NCBI GenBank assembly: GCA_046883645.1
Contig: JBKTBE010000001.1
Span: 11,184 to 75,183 of the forward strand
Source: Collinsella sp.
GTDB lineage: Bacteria; Actinomycetota; Coriobacteriia; Coriobacteriales; Coriobacteriaceae
Direction: 5' to 3'
Length of the DNA: 64,000 nucleotides
The notes under the pieces: model-generated
What the model saw: only the letters and a program-made list of their open reading frames with translations
Database searches by the model: none
What the model was told of the DNA's origin: nothing
In this document: one piece after another, positions 12,577-22,255 of the stretch
How the letters are laid out: each line of letters opens with the position of its first letter
Numbering within the stretch: the stretch's first letter is position 1
Position numbers and translations under genes: made by a program

Positions 12577-12665
12577 CTAGAGTATCCCGAGTCGGGAGCG
12601 ACAAGCCCGACGAAGCGTACGTTGGTACGCGAGGAAGGTTGGAGCCCCGAATCTGGGTGCTCTAG
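12577..12665. repeat. Palindromic element with GCGTAC-n-GTACGC apex, overlapping the permease stop codon
   Basis: ctagagtatcc..cgaagcgtacgttggtacgcgagga..gggtgctctag. Confidence 0.6.
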
Positions 12666-14092
12666 TCCTCCTCGGACTCCTCAGCGAGGCGCTGAGCAGC
12701 CAGCTCGGGAGTGAGACCCTTGTACTCGGTCTCGCGGCCCTTAGCACTGACGACGCGGACAACCTCGCCAATAAGCAAGAGCACGATGAAGATGACGATC
12801 ATCGGGACCTTATCGCCAATCTCATCGACAGAGAACGGAATCAACGTTGCAACGATAGCCAGAATCAGCTCGATGCAGGGAATAGCCAGCATGACCTTCA
12901 TCATGGCGCCCTTAAACGGGAACGTAAAGATACGCTCACGGTTGGGGTCGTTCTTACGAAGGTTGAGGAATGCCGGGAACATCGGGATGTAGGTCAGCAG
13001 CAGGAAGACAACGGAGGTACCGAAGAGCATCCAGAAGACACCGTTGGAGATGGCGTCGATGGGAACCAGCTGCAGGCACAGCACCAGGGAGGCAACGATG
13101 GCGTTGACCAGGTTGGCGCCGTTGGGCATGTCGTCATCCGAGATCATCGAGGCGAAGACCTTGGGCATGTTGCCATGTTCGGCAGCATAGCGAGCAACGG
13201 AGTTGACGCCGAAGGACCAGGCAGCCATGTTGGCGAACAGCGTAATCAGGAAGGCGATGCAGATGACCTTAAAGATCATGGAATCGCCCACAATAGTCTG
13301 GACAGCATAAATCATGCCGTAGTCGGGATCGATGGAATCGGCCGGCACAGCAGCGCCGATGCCAAAGCCAGCGAAGAGGTAGATCACGGCGATGGACAGG
13401 CCGCCGACGATGATAGCCTTGGGGATATCGCGAGCGGGATCGGCCATATCGTCGGTCATGGTGCAGATGACCTCGAAGCCCATGAAGTTAAAGATGATGA
13501 TCGACAGGTAGCCGAGCGCGTTGGTGTTGGTGAGCTCGGGCAAGAAGGTGACAGCGGACATATCGTTCGCGAAACCGTTCTCCATGGCGTACCAAATGCC
13601 CAAAGCGCCGACGATAACGGCAACGGCGACCTTGATGATGGCGCCGCCGTTCAGGACCCACTCGGAGTCGGCAGCCTTTGAGCGACCCATAAGATAGACA
13701 ATCCACACAAAGGCAAGGTCGATACCAATCTTGGCAATCAGATTGAACTCGACGCCAAAGACCATGCCCAAAATGTCCGGGAACATAGTAGCCAGCGAGG
13801 CAATCCACAGCGGGTAGTTAACCCAGTAGTAGTACGAAATGCGGGCGCCCCACTTGTCGCCCAGGCCATCGCGTACCCAGTCGTAAATGCCACCCTCACC
13901 GTCATAGGTAGTGCCGAGCTCGGCAACGACCATGCCATAAGGGAGCAGGAAGGTCAGAATCAGGAAGATCCACCAGAAGAACTGCTGGTTACCAATGGCA
14001 GCAGCAGGTGCGGCGGCCTCGCAAACGAAGACGACGCAGATGATGGTCGAGATGACCGTCAAGAAGGAAAGCTTTTTCTTTCCGTCGCTCAT
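12662..14092 (-). CDS. APC-family permease, probable agmatine/putrescine antiporter (AguD-like)
   Basis: ~12 TM, AELGTTY..EGGIYDWV, FNFMGFE; upstream of aguA in the same orientation. Confidence 0.85.
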   Translation of the reverse strand: MSDGKKKLSFLTVISTIICVVFVCEAAAPAAAIGNQQFFWWIFLILTFLLPYGMVVAELGTTYDGEGGIYDWVRDGLGDKWGARISYYYWVNYPLWIASLATMFPDILGMVFGVEFNLIAKIGIDLAFVWIVYLMGRSKAADSEWVLNGGAIIKVAVAVIVGALGIWYAMENGFANDMSAVTFLPELTNTNALGYLSIIIFNFMGFEVICTMTDDMADPARDIPKAIIVGGLSIAVIYLFAGFGIGAAVPADSIDPDYGMIYAVQTIVGDSMIFKVICIAFLITLFANMAAWSFGVNSVARYAAEHGNMPKVFASMISDDDMPNGANLVNAIVASLVLCLQLVPIDAISNGVFWMLFGTSVVFLLLTYIPMFPAFLNLRKNDPNRERIFTFPFKGAMMKVMLAIPCIELILAIVATLIPFSVDEIGDKVPMIVIFIVLLLIGEVVRVVSAKGRETEYKGLTPELAAQRLAEESEED

Positions 14093-14218
14093 GATGAGCT
14101 CCTTCGCTCAGTCTTGGACAAATCGAGGCCCTTAAGATATTAAGGCAATTGCCGGGCCTCGGTGAGCGGGCGACAGGAGACGAGCATCCGCCGCCCGCAA
14201 ACGCGCTTCTACGATGAA

Positions 14219-14366
14219 GTTACGCGGTTTTGCCAAACCGCGTAACGGCTCGACGCTGCAAACGCCCCTAGGCGGCAATCTGACGTTCAATCGTCGGTCG
14301 CGTACCCAAAGTACGCTTCCCTCCTCTTTCACGTCACCTTGCTCGCTTAGGGGCGTTTTCGCTGAC
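14219..14366 (+). repeat. Structured intergenic repeat family S, copy 2
   Basis: Same layout as the 10754 copy, with compensatory stem changes. Confidence 0.8.
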
Positions 14367-14402
14367 TTATGCTCAACCTACGATAATTCCAAACTGGGTG
14401 AG

Positions 14403-16613
14403 TTACTCACTGTAGCGGGTGGCGATGGCAGCTTGCACCATGCCGGCGCTCATGAGGTAGGTCACCAGGAAGTAGCCACCGTATGCTGCCAGGAAGATTG
14501 CGCAGGTGAGGCCCACGGTGCCGCCGATGCTCATATTTCCGAAAATGCTCACCAGCTCGATGATCACCTTAAGTGCCACAAAGGAGTGCGCCAGGCCCAC
14601 TGCCAGCGGGAACAGGAAGAATACCGCTTGCTGCGCCATCACCGAATGGCGGATCTGGCGGTCGTCGCAGCCGATCTGTGCCAGCACACGATAGCTGCGG
14701 CTGCCGTCGGCCACGTTGGAGAGTTGCTGGATCGACAGAATCGCCGCGCATGCAACGACCAATACAAAGCCGATGTAGATGGCTAGGTAGCTAATAAGAC
14801 CGTTCATTTGCGCTGCTTGCGTGTACATCTCGGAGCGTGTGATGAAGATTCCCCACGACCCCGGCTCCTTGCCGTCAACGAGCAGATTGTCGAGCACAGT
14901 GTTTTTAATGCTCTCGTCTGCCTCAGTCGTATCCATCCCCTGTTTGTAGTTAACGAGCAGGCTACTGGAATACGGCTGCAGATTAAGTTGGGACAACAGC
15001 TCGTCGGCAACGACGACGGTACCCCCATTACTGCCCATCGCCGAGTTGGCGATGGCCGCCGTATCTTCGTCCGACTTATCGGTTGCGGGCTTGAGCGTAT
15101 GCCCGCCCAAGGTAAGGGCATGGCCGCCAGCCATATACTTGGTGTACAGGTCGACCAGCTCGCCGCCCATATCACACGTGAGCAGATACTGGTCGTGACC
15201 GATGTGCACCGGCTCCTCGCCCATCATCTGACGCAGTTTGTTGTACTGGCTCGCCGGCGTCACAAACAGACCCATCGTATCGGCATTGCTACCCCCGAAC
15301 GCCTTGGGAAGCTTTTCGCCCATGATCTTGCACATCTCACTTGGGGTCACCGAAGGATTCGAGCCGCCAAATGGGTAACTCAGATACGAATCGATCTGCA
15401 CATGCTCACCGGCAACATCGGCGATATTGACCTTCTTGCCGGTCTCGTCGTTGTTGCCCGCCGACTTGCCCTTGCCGTGCCATGCAGGGTACAAATCGAC
15501 CGTTGTATCGGCCAGCACCATGCGATCGGCCTCAGACGGATTGACATACCCTTTGTACCCTTTGTAGTAGTCGAGCGTATCGGGCGTGTAATAGACATAC
15601 GTCTGAGACACGTCTACAGGGTTATAGCGCTCCAGGTTTTCGTTCATCACGTTGGCAATCGACATACCGAGCGTCACCGAGGTGATGGCCAAAAACAGGA
15701 GCATCGCGATGACGCCCATCGAAAAGCACACCGTGTTGACCTTGGCCGCAAGCTGGCGCACGGTAAACATGTTGAGGCCGCGCCAATACACGCCGCGCAG
15801 GCTCTGCAGCAGCTTGATGAGCATGCCCGAGAGTCCCCAGAACAGGGCAAAGGTGCCCACGGTAACCATAGCGGTCGTAATACCAAACTGGTTCATGGCC
15901 TCTTGCAGCTTGCTGTCCGTCGCGGTTAGCGGGAACCCATCACGTAGCAGACGGTAATAGGCCACGCCCACCAGCACCGCGCCCACGGCAAAGATGGCAA
16001 TCGCGATCCAGGGGTTGCGTGTCTTGATGCTCTCGTTGCGACGCTCGGCACCCATAAGCTCGATGAGTTTGGTACGACGCACGGCGCGGAGGTTCAGCAG
16101 TAGCGTGAGCACAAACATTACGAGCATGCAGACAAGGGCCAGATTGAACGCATGCATCGAGAAAAAGAAGTGGAAATTGGCGATCTGCGTCTTAAAGAGC
16201 GAGGCCGTAAAGAACGTCATGAGCTGGGAGAGTCCCACACCCAGTACAATGCCGGCGACAAAGGCCACCACCGAGACAATCACCGTCTCGAGCGCCATGA
16301 TCGTGGCGACGCGCCCGCGCCCCATGCCGAGCACCTGGTACAGGCCAAACTCCTTTTTGCGGCGTTTCATGATGAAGTTATTGGCGTACACCATCAAAAA
16401 GGCCATGACACCGGCCAAAAAGTACGTCAGGTCGCCGAGCATGCTGCCCATAACCTGCGCCAAGCCCTCTTCATCGATTCCGGCGATGTCGACCTGCATC
16501 GAGATGGTGTTAAAGGCATAGAAGACCGTAACGCCCAGGGTGAGCGTCAAAAGGTAGACGAGGTAGTCGCGGCCGGCGCGGCGGACGTTGCCCCAAGCGA
16601 GTTTACAGAGCAT
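14403..16613 (-). CDS. FtsX/BceB-like ABC transporter permease
   Basis: RRKKEFGLYQVLGM motif, ~10 TM, large extracellular loop; start taken as ATG 16613, overlapping the ATPase stop. Confidence 0.88.
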   Translation of the reverse strand: MLCKLAWGNVRRAGRDYLVYLLTLTLGVTVFYAFNTISMQVDIAGIDEEGLAQVMGSMLGDLTYFLAGVMAFLMVYANNFIMKRRKKEFGLYQVLGMGRGRVATIMALETVIVSVVAFVAGIVLGVGLSQLMTFFTASLFKTQIANFHFFFSMHAFNLALVCMLVMFVLTLLLNLRAVRRTKLIELMGAERRNESIKTRNPWIAIAIFAVGAVLVGVAYYRLLRDGFPLTATDSKLQEAMNQFGITTAMVTVGTFALFWGLSGMLIKLLQSLRGVYWRGLNMFTVRQLAAKVNTVCFSMGVIAMLLFLAITSVTLGMSIANVMNENLERYNPVDVSQTYVYYTPDTLDYYKGYKGYVNPSEADRMVLADTTVDLYPAWHGKGKSAGNNDETGKKVNIADVAGEHVQIDSYLSYPFGGSNPSVTPSEMCKIMGEKLPKAFGGSNADTMGLFVTPASQYNKLRQMMGEEPVHIGHDQYLLTCDMGGELVDLYTKYMAGGHALTLGGHTLKPATDKSDEDTAAIANSAMGSNGGTVVVADELLSQLNLQPYSSSLLVNYKQGMDTTEADESIKNTVLDNLLVDGKEPGSWGIFITRSEMYTQAAQMNGLISYLAIYIGFVLVVACAAILSIQQLSNVADGSRSYRVLAQIGCDDRQIRHSVMAQQAVFFLFPLAVGLAHSFVALKVIIELVSIFGNMSIGGTVGLTCAIFLAAYGGYFLVTYLMSAGMVQAAIATRYSE

Positions 16614-17388
16614 CGGAGCCCTCACCGCCCATCATGGCAACGACCTCCATAATGCGGTCGAAGAACTCTCGGCGGTCGGTGTCGCCGCGGCGCAGCTCGG
16701 TGAAGATCTTGCCGTCGCGAATGAACAGCACACGGCTCGTGTAGCTGGCGGCAAAGCTGTCGTGCGTGACCATGAGCACTGTGGCGCGCAGGCGGCGGTT
16801 AAGGGCCTCCAGGCTCTCGAGCAGCAGGCGAGCGCTCTTGGAATCGAGGGCGCCGGTGGGCTCGTCGGCCATGATCATGGTGGGGTCGGTGACGAGCGCG
16901 CGAGCCGCGGCAACGCGCTGCTGCTGACCGCCGGACATCTGGTAGGGATACTTGTCGAGCACCTGGCTGATGGACAGGCGCGCGGCCACATCCTGCACGC
17001 GAGTCGAAATCTCTGCCGAGTTTGTGCGGGCGATGGTGAGCGGCAGGGCGATGTTCTCGCGCGCCGTGAGCGTATCGAGCAGGTTGGAATCCTGGAAGAT
17101 AAAGCCGAGCTCCTCGCGGCGGAACTGCGAAAGCTTAGCCTGCTTCATGCGTGTTACGTCCTGCCCGTTGATGCGGATGGTGCCGCTCGTGGCGCTATCG
17201 ATGGTCGAGACGCAGTTGAGCAACGTCGACTTGCCCGAGCCCGAGGCGCCCATGATGCCAACGAATTCGGCGCGGTTGACGGTAAAGCTGACGTCGTTGA
17301 GCGCGCGGGTCACGTTGCCCAGCGCTCCATATACCTTTTCGAGATGCGCGACCTCCAGTACCGGGGTCGCCATGTGCGTGGTTTGCAT
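16603..17388 (-). CDS. BceA/LolD-like ABC ATP-binding protein
   Basis: GASGSGKS, MSGGQQQR, ADEPTGALD, VTHD. Confidence 0.93.
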   Translation of the reverse strand: MQTTHMATPVLEVAHLEKVYGALGNVTRALNDVSFTVNRAEFVGIMGASGSGKSTLLNCVSTIDSATSGTIRINGQDVTRMKQAKLSQFRREELGFIFQDSNLLDTLTARENIALPLTIARTNSAEISTRVQDVAARLSISQVLDKYPYQMSGGQQQRVAAARALVTDPTMIMADEPTGALDSKSARLLLESLEALNRRLRATVLMVTHDSFAASYTSRVLFIRDGKIFTELRRGDTDRREFFDRIMEVVAMMGGEGSDAL

Positions 17389-17536
17389 ACCGAGTCCTTT
17401 CTTGCAATTAGTCTACGGCATCTATAGTCGCAAGAAGACGAGTCGGCTACCATCGATATGGCTTACGCTTGCCTTACCGTTGTGTAAGGTACGGGTAGCT
17501 AGCCTGTCACGTGTTGATGTTGAGAGAGGACTCCTG

Positions 17537-18523
17537 TTGAAGACTGTTCATGTTGCCGCTGGGATCATTCGCAAGGAAGGATCCGACGAGCTACTGGCCG
17601 TGCAGCGCGGCTATGGCGACATGCAGGGACTTTGGGAATTCCCCGGCGGCAAGCTCATGCGCGGCGAGACGCCCGAGGACGCCGTACGCCGCGAGCTTAT
17701 GGAGGAGCTGCAGGTAAAAGTCACCAACCTGCGCGATTTCTACACCGTTGAGTATGACTACCCCGATTTTCATCTCTCCATGGAGTGCTACTACTGCTCG
17801 CTCGCCGATGAATCCGATGAGCCCCAGAAGCACGACCGCCAGCTCGATATCCGCTGGATTCCACGCACCTCACTTGCCACGGTGGAATGGATGCCCGCTG
17901 ACAAGGGGCTCATTGATGCCCTGATTGAGCTGAAGGAAGACCGGCTCGAGACAAGCTCCGCCGATGACGCCGTGCCCAACACAGCCGACAAACCCGCCAC
18001 CAAACCCAAGCGCGCACCTAAGCGCCGCAGCAAGAAGCGTCCCAAACCAGGTCTGCTCGACGGCATCGATACCTCGGACCTCTCCGCTGACGAGCGCGAA
18101 CTGGTCCGCCGTCGCGCCGCCATCAAAAAGTCCATGAAGGGCAACAAGCGCGCCAACACCAAGCCCGAGTTGCTCGTTCGCCAGCGCCTGCGCGCCGCGG
18201 GCCTTACGGGTTATCGTTTGGAATGGAAGGTTCCCGGCAAGCCCGACATCGCCTTCCCCGGACGCAAGATTGCCATCTTCGTCAACGGCTGTTTTTGGCA
18301 CCGCTGCCCCAAGTGCAACCCTAGCCAGCCCAAGCGCAACGTTGAGTTTTGGGAGGCAAAGTTCCGTCGCAACGTCGAGCGCGACCGCACCGCCGTGGCA
18401 GCACTCACTCAAATGGGCTGGACGCCTATAACCATCTGGGAATGCGAGCTCAAAAAAGACCACATCGACGCCACGATGGAAAAGGTCATCGAGCAGGTGC
18501 GCGCCGCAGAGCCGCAGCGCTAG
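17537..18523 (+). CDS. Nudix (MutT-like) hydrolase fused to Vsr very-short-patch repair endonuclease
   Basis: TTG start after a GAGAGGA RBS; Nudix box GGKLMRGETPEDAVRRELMEEL; Vsr motifs TKPELLVR, PGKPDI, FVNGCFWH, RNVERD, IWEC in a single frame. Confidence 0.85.
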   Translation: MKTVHVAAGIIRKEGSDELLAVQRGYGDMQGLWEFPGGKLMRGETPEDAVRRELMEELQVKVTNLRDFYTVEYDYPDFHLSMECYYCSLADESDEPQKHDRQLDIRWIPRTSLATVEWMPADKGLIDALIELKEDRLETSSADDAVPNTADKPATKPKRAPKRRSKKRPKPGLLDGIDTSDLSADERELVRRRAAIKKSMKGNKRANTKPELLVRQRLRAAGLTGYRLEWKVPGKPDIAFPGRKIAIFVNGCFWHRCPKCNPSQPKRNVEFWEAKFRRNVERDRTAVAALTQMGWTPITIWECELKKDHIDATMEKVIEQVRAAEPQR

Positions 18524-19013
18524 GAACGAGCCGTCCACACGCCCCACACGGGCGAGCCACATCCGCGCCACAAACCTTAGAAAGCCCTTAAGCTCAAAAC
18601 CTTTCAAGAGTGTTACTCAATAGCCTTGACCTGCTGTTTCATCGTAACACCAAACCAGGTTAAGCCTTTCTTTAGCGCTTCCTTATCTGCACTCGCGGCA
18701 TAATACTGCCAGCGCACGGGACCTAGCAGCATACCCCGAGCGCAATCTTTTGGTGGACATCGAGGAGGCCGCATAAGCATGCATTCTTCCAATGACGCAG
18801 CACAGCAGCCATCCCTAAAACATGCAAACCTTTTCTCCTTCCCCCCGACACAGAGAAACGGTCTCCTCGACTCCCCCACCACAAAAACCAAGCGCTCAGC
18901 CGATCAGAGCCTCAACTTACGAGCATCCTTCGAAAAGCTCCAAGCATCCCTAGACAAGGCGTTCCCCGAACAGGCAAGAGCAATCTAAGCCCATCGCGCT
19001 TTATACTGATGCC

Positions 19014-19952
19014 ATGCGAAACATGGATCACATAGAATTGCACCGCGGAGGACGCGAGGAAGCGTTTCCCGAGACCGCCGAAGACTGGCCCTATATTGCC
19101 GAACGCGCAGAATTCGCTCGCTATCCGGGCAATTCTGTCCCCTGGCACTGGCATTCCGAAGTTGAGCTTTTCTACATGGAGCAGGGGGCGATTGACTATC
19201 GAACGCGCGCGGCTCATGAGCACGTACGCTTTGAGGAAGGGTCCGCCGGCTTTATCAACGGCGGCGTTTTGCACAGCACGCTGCAATCGCCCAATTCGGC
19301 GCCAGCCATTCAAATGCTGCATATCTTTCAGCCGTCGATGCTCGGCGATCCCGCGGGACGCCTTCAAAAGCGCTATATCAATCCTTTGCTGCAATGTCGA
19401 GGCGTCGATGTGCTCAAATGGTCGCCCACCAACCCCGACGATATGCCCTTTATCGATTTGCTAAAGAGTTCCTTTAACCACGACCTTCAACGGCCGCAGA
19501 ACGAGATGGCGCTTCGGAATAGCTTGTCAGAGCTCTGGATTCAGATTTACGCCAAGGCCGAACCGCTCTTTTCCTCCGACAACGCCTCTTGGATGACCAA
19601 CCGCGACGTACAGTTCAAGGCAATCCTGGACTATATCCGCGCAAACTATGCAGCCGCTATAGATGTGCCCCAGATGGCATCTGCAGCCGGCGTAAGCGAA
19701 AGAGAGTGTTACCGCATTATCGAAGCTTGCGCAGGAACGACCCCGGCGGCATATCTGCGCGCATACCGCGTAAACCGTGCTTGCGAACTTTTGGCACACA
19801 CCACGCGAACGGTCCAGACAGTCGCGCGCCAATGCGGCTTTGCGACAGCAAGCCATCTTGGCCAGGTATTTAAAGAACAAATGGGGTGCACTCCTTCGAG
19901 CTATCGAGCAGCGAGGCAGAATCTCGATAGCACCAGGCAGAAATCCCGCTAG
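19014..19952 (+). CDS. AraC-family regulator with N-terminal cupin
   Basis: PWHWHSEVE cupin motif; C-terminal double HTH (VARQCGF..FKEQMGCTPSSYR). Confidence 0.9.
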   Translation: MRNMDHIELHRGGREEAFPETAEDWPYIAERAEFARYPGNSVPWHWHSEVELFYMEQGAIDYRTRAAHEHVRFEEGSAGFINGGVLHSTLQSPNSAPAIQMLHIFQPSMLGDPAGRLQKRYINPLLQCRGVDVLKWSPTNPDDMPFIDLLKSSFNHDLQRPQNEMALRNSLSELWIQIYAKAEPLFSSDNASWMTNRDVQFKAILDYIRANYAAAIDVPQMASAAGVSERECYRIIEACAGTTPAAYLRAYRVNRACELLAHTTRTVQTVARQCGFATASHLGQVFKEQMGCTPSSYRAARQNLDSTRQKSR

Positions 19953-20008
19953 CCTTTCTTCTGTCACCGCATCAAACTTGCAGGCAAACAATAGAGAGGA
20001 GCAACCAT

Positions 20009-20632
20009 ATGAAGCACTTTGACCATATCGTATTTGACGTTGATGGGACATTGGCAGATACAGAAGAAAGCGTTCTATCATCGCTTGTCCAGATTGTCCA
20101 AGAAGAGACCGGCAAAACGCTCCCCCGACACGAGCTTGAATTTGCCCTCGGCATACCCGGCAAGGATGCCCTTGAGAAACTTGGAATCTACTCGCAGGCA
20201 ACGTTGAATCGCTGGTGCCAAGTTGCCGCCAGCTTTAAAAGCACCATCAGCGTGTTTCCAGGCTTGCTTGAAGTCATCGCAACACTCGCCAACAACGGCT
20301 GCAAACTTGGCATCGTCTCCTCACGTGCGCGCGACGAATACACAGACGAAATTGCACCCCTTGGCTTCGATAAGTATTTTGAGCACATCATCCTTGTCGA
20401 AGACACAACCGAACATAAACCCGCACCCGCTCCCATGCTCGAATATCTCCGGCGTACGGGCGCGAATCCTGGCAACGTCGTCTACGTTGGAGACACCGTC
20501 TACGACGAACAATGCGCAACTTCAGCAGGGGTCAGTTTTGCCAGAGCAGCATGGGGATCACACCAAGATATCCCAAATGCCACCTACAACCTCAAAACCC
20601 CCAACGACCTGTTAACCCTAACAACCAAGTAA
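20009..20632 (+). CDS. HAD-family phosphatase
   Basis: FDVDGTL, HKPAP, VGDTVYD. Confidence 0.9.
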   Translation: MKHFDHIVFDVDGTLADTEESVLSSLVQIVQEETGKTLPRHELEFALGIPGKDALEKLGIYSQATLNRWCQVAASFKSTISVFPGLLEVIATLANNGCKLGIVSSRARDEYTDEIAPLGFDKYFEHIILVEDTTEHKPAPAPMLEYLRRTGANPGNVVYVGDTVYDEQCATSAGVSFARAAWGSHQDIPNATYNLKTPNDLLTLTTK

Positions 20633-20656
20633 CCCTCCCATCCCAAATTCGCAGTC

Positions 20657-21066
20657 CTAACGCCACAAGGGCGACGACCTCGAGTAGGTCAACCTGGGAG
20701 GGACGAGGGCTTAGTTCCCCAATCTTTCCGCAGGGGGGCAAAAAGCAACGTCTTATTTTTCCGACACTAACGCCACAAGGGCGATTGAGCAGGACAGTTT
20801 GGGCGGGTCCCGTACTTAGTTTCCAAAATCATTCCGCAGCGCGAAGGCTTCTTATTATTTTCAGACCTAACGCCACAAGGGCGACGACCTCGAGTAGGTC
20901 AACCTGGGAGGGACGAGGGCTTAGTTCCCCAATCTTTCCGCAGGGGGCAAAAAGCCTCGCCGCACGAAGTGCGCAGCGAGGCTTTTTGCATGCCCGAGGA
21001 CGATTGGGGAACTAAGCCCTCGTCCCTCCCCGGGATATGTAGCGAGTCGGAGTACCCTTGCTGTTA
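20657..21066. repeat. ~200-bp imperfect palindrome preceded by two tandem half-copies
   Basis: ctaacgccacaagggcga at 20657, 20767 and 20867; gggagggacgagggcttagttccccaatc pairs with gattggggaactaagccctcgtccctccc. Confidence 0.8.
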
Positions 21067-21921
21067 CTCTGCTTTGCCCACAGAGTTGAGGTTGGTCATG
21101 CGGATCTTAACCAGCTCGGTGATCTCGCGCATGCCCTCCTTGGCCGGCTTCTTGGGGTCGAAGCAGGCAGGGTTCTCGGCCATGTATGCCATGAAGCCCT
21201 TGGTGTAGGCCTGACGCAGCTCGGTGGCGTAGTTAACCTTGCAGATGCCGTTCTTCACAGCCTCGGCAACCTGCTCATCGGGCACGCCAGAGGTGCCGTG
21301 CAGGACCAGCGGCACGTCGACGGCGTCGCGGATGGCCTTGACCACGGACTGCTCGATGTGCGGATCGCTCGTGTACACGCCGTGGCTGGTGCCAACGCCA
21401 ATGGCCAGCGACGTGCAGCCAGTGCGCTCGACGAACTCCTTGGCCTCGGCGGGATCGGTGTAGGGGCTCTCGCCCTCAACCGCGGGACCGTCGTCCTCCT
21501 TGCCGCCAACCTTGCCGAGCTCAGCCTCGACGGGCACGCCCATGGCGCGGCCAGCGTCGGCGACGGACTTGGTCAGAGCGATGTTGTCCTCGAAGGACTC
21601 GTGCGAGCCGTCGATCATGACAGAGGTGTAGCCAGTGCGGAAAGCCTGCATGCAGCGGTCATAGCCATCGCCGTGATCGAGGTGCAGAGCGACGGGCACG
21701 GAAGCGCGCTCGGCGGCAGCCTTGACCATGCCGTAGAAGTAGTCCAGACCAGCGGTCTTGATGGTGCCCGGGGTGGTCTGCATGATGACGGGGGACTTGG
21801 TCTCCTCGGCAGCGGCCAGAACGGCCATAACAAACTCGAGGTTCTCGACGTTGAACGCGCCAACGGCGTAATGACCGGCCTGAGCGTCCTTGAGCATCTT
21901 TTCGGTGGTAACAAGTGCCAT
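21064..21921 (-). CDS. Class II bisphosphate aldolase, probably tagatose-1,6-bisphosphate aldolase (GatY/KbaY-like)
   Basis: HLDHG, SVMIDGS, VEAELG, GTSHG, LVLHG; TPGT and GICKVNYATEL resemble GatY/KbaY. Confidence 0.85.
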   Translation of the reverse strand: MALVTTEKMLKDAQAGHYAVGAFNVENLEFVMAVLAAAEETKSPVIMQTTPGTIKTAGLDYFYGMVKAAAERASVPVALHLDHGDGYDRCMQAFRTGYTSVMIDGSHESFEDNIALTKSVADAGRAMGVPVEAELGKVGGKEDDGPAVEGESPYTDPAEAKEFVERTGCTSLAIGVGTSHGVYTSDPHIEQSVVKAIRDAVDVPLVLHGTSGVPDEQVAEAVKNGICKVNYATELRQAYTKGFMAYMAENPACFDPKKPAKEGMREITELVKIRMTNLNSVGKAE

Positions 21922-22255
21922 GAGCGTTTGCTCCTCTCCCTCGCCCGCATCTGGACATCGGGCGTAGTTGTTCACAAGGTGTTTTACCTTGCGTTTTACT
22001 GCGCTCATTGTATGAAATTCAGCGGCTTTGCACGTGCGAGATATTGAGCCCATGCAGGTCAATACCGTCGTTTTTGAAAAGTAAACGGAAGGAATTGGAG
22101 CCGAGTGGGCGTGTTCGATATTGAATTTTGGGCGTTGAGCGTCTTTCTTTTATAGAAAAGATAAGTAATCGAAAGGTGTTTTCTTACTCAAAAAGAAAAT
22201 GAACGAAAATAGAGTCAACACAATTCCTGCAAATTTGGCCGAGAATGGAGCAGCT

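Noticed and set aside
16952..17536. N-terminal extension of the 523-aa Nudix-Vsr ORF
   Set aside because: Overlaps the ABC ATPase on the opposite strand; an RBS and TTG at 17537 mark the likely start.
18613..18891. Small minus-strand ORF that could be a methylase remnant next to vsr
   Set aside because: No methyltransferase motifs are visible; too short to assign.
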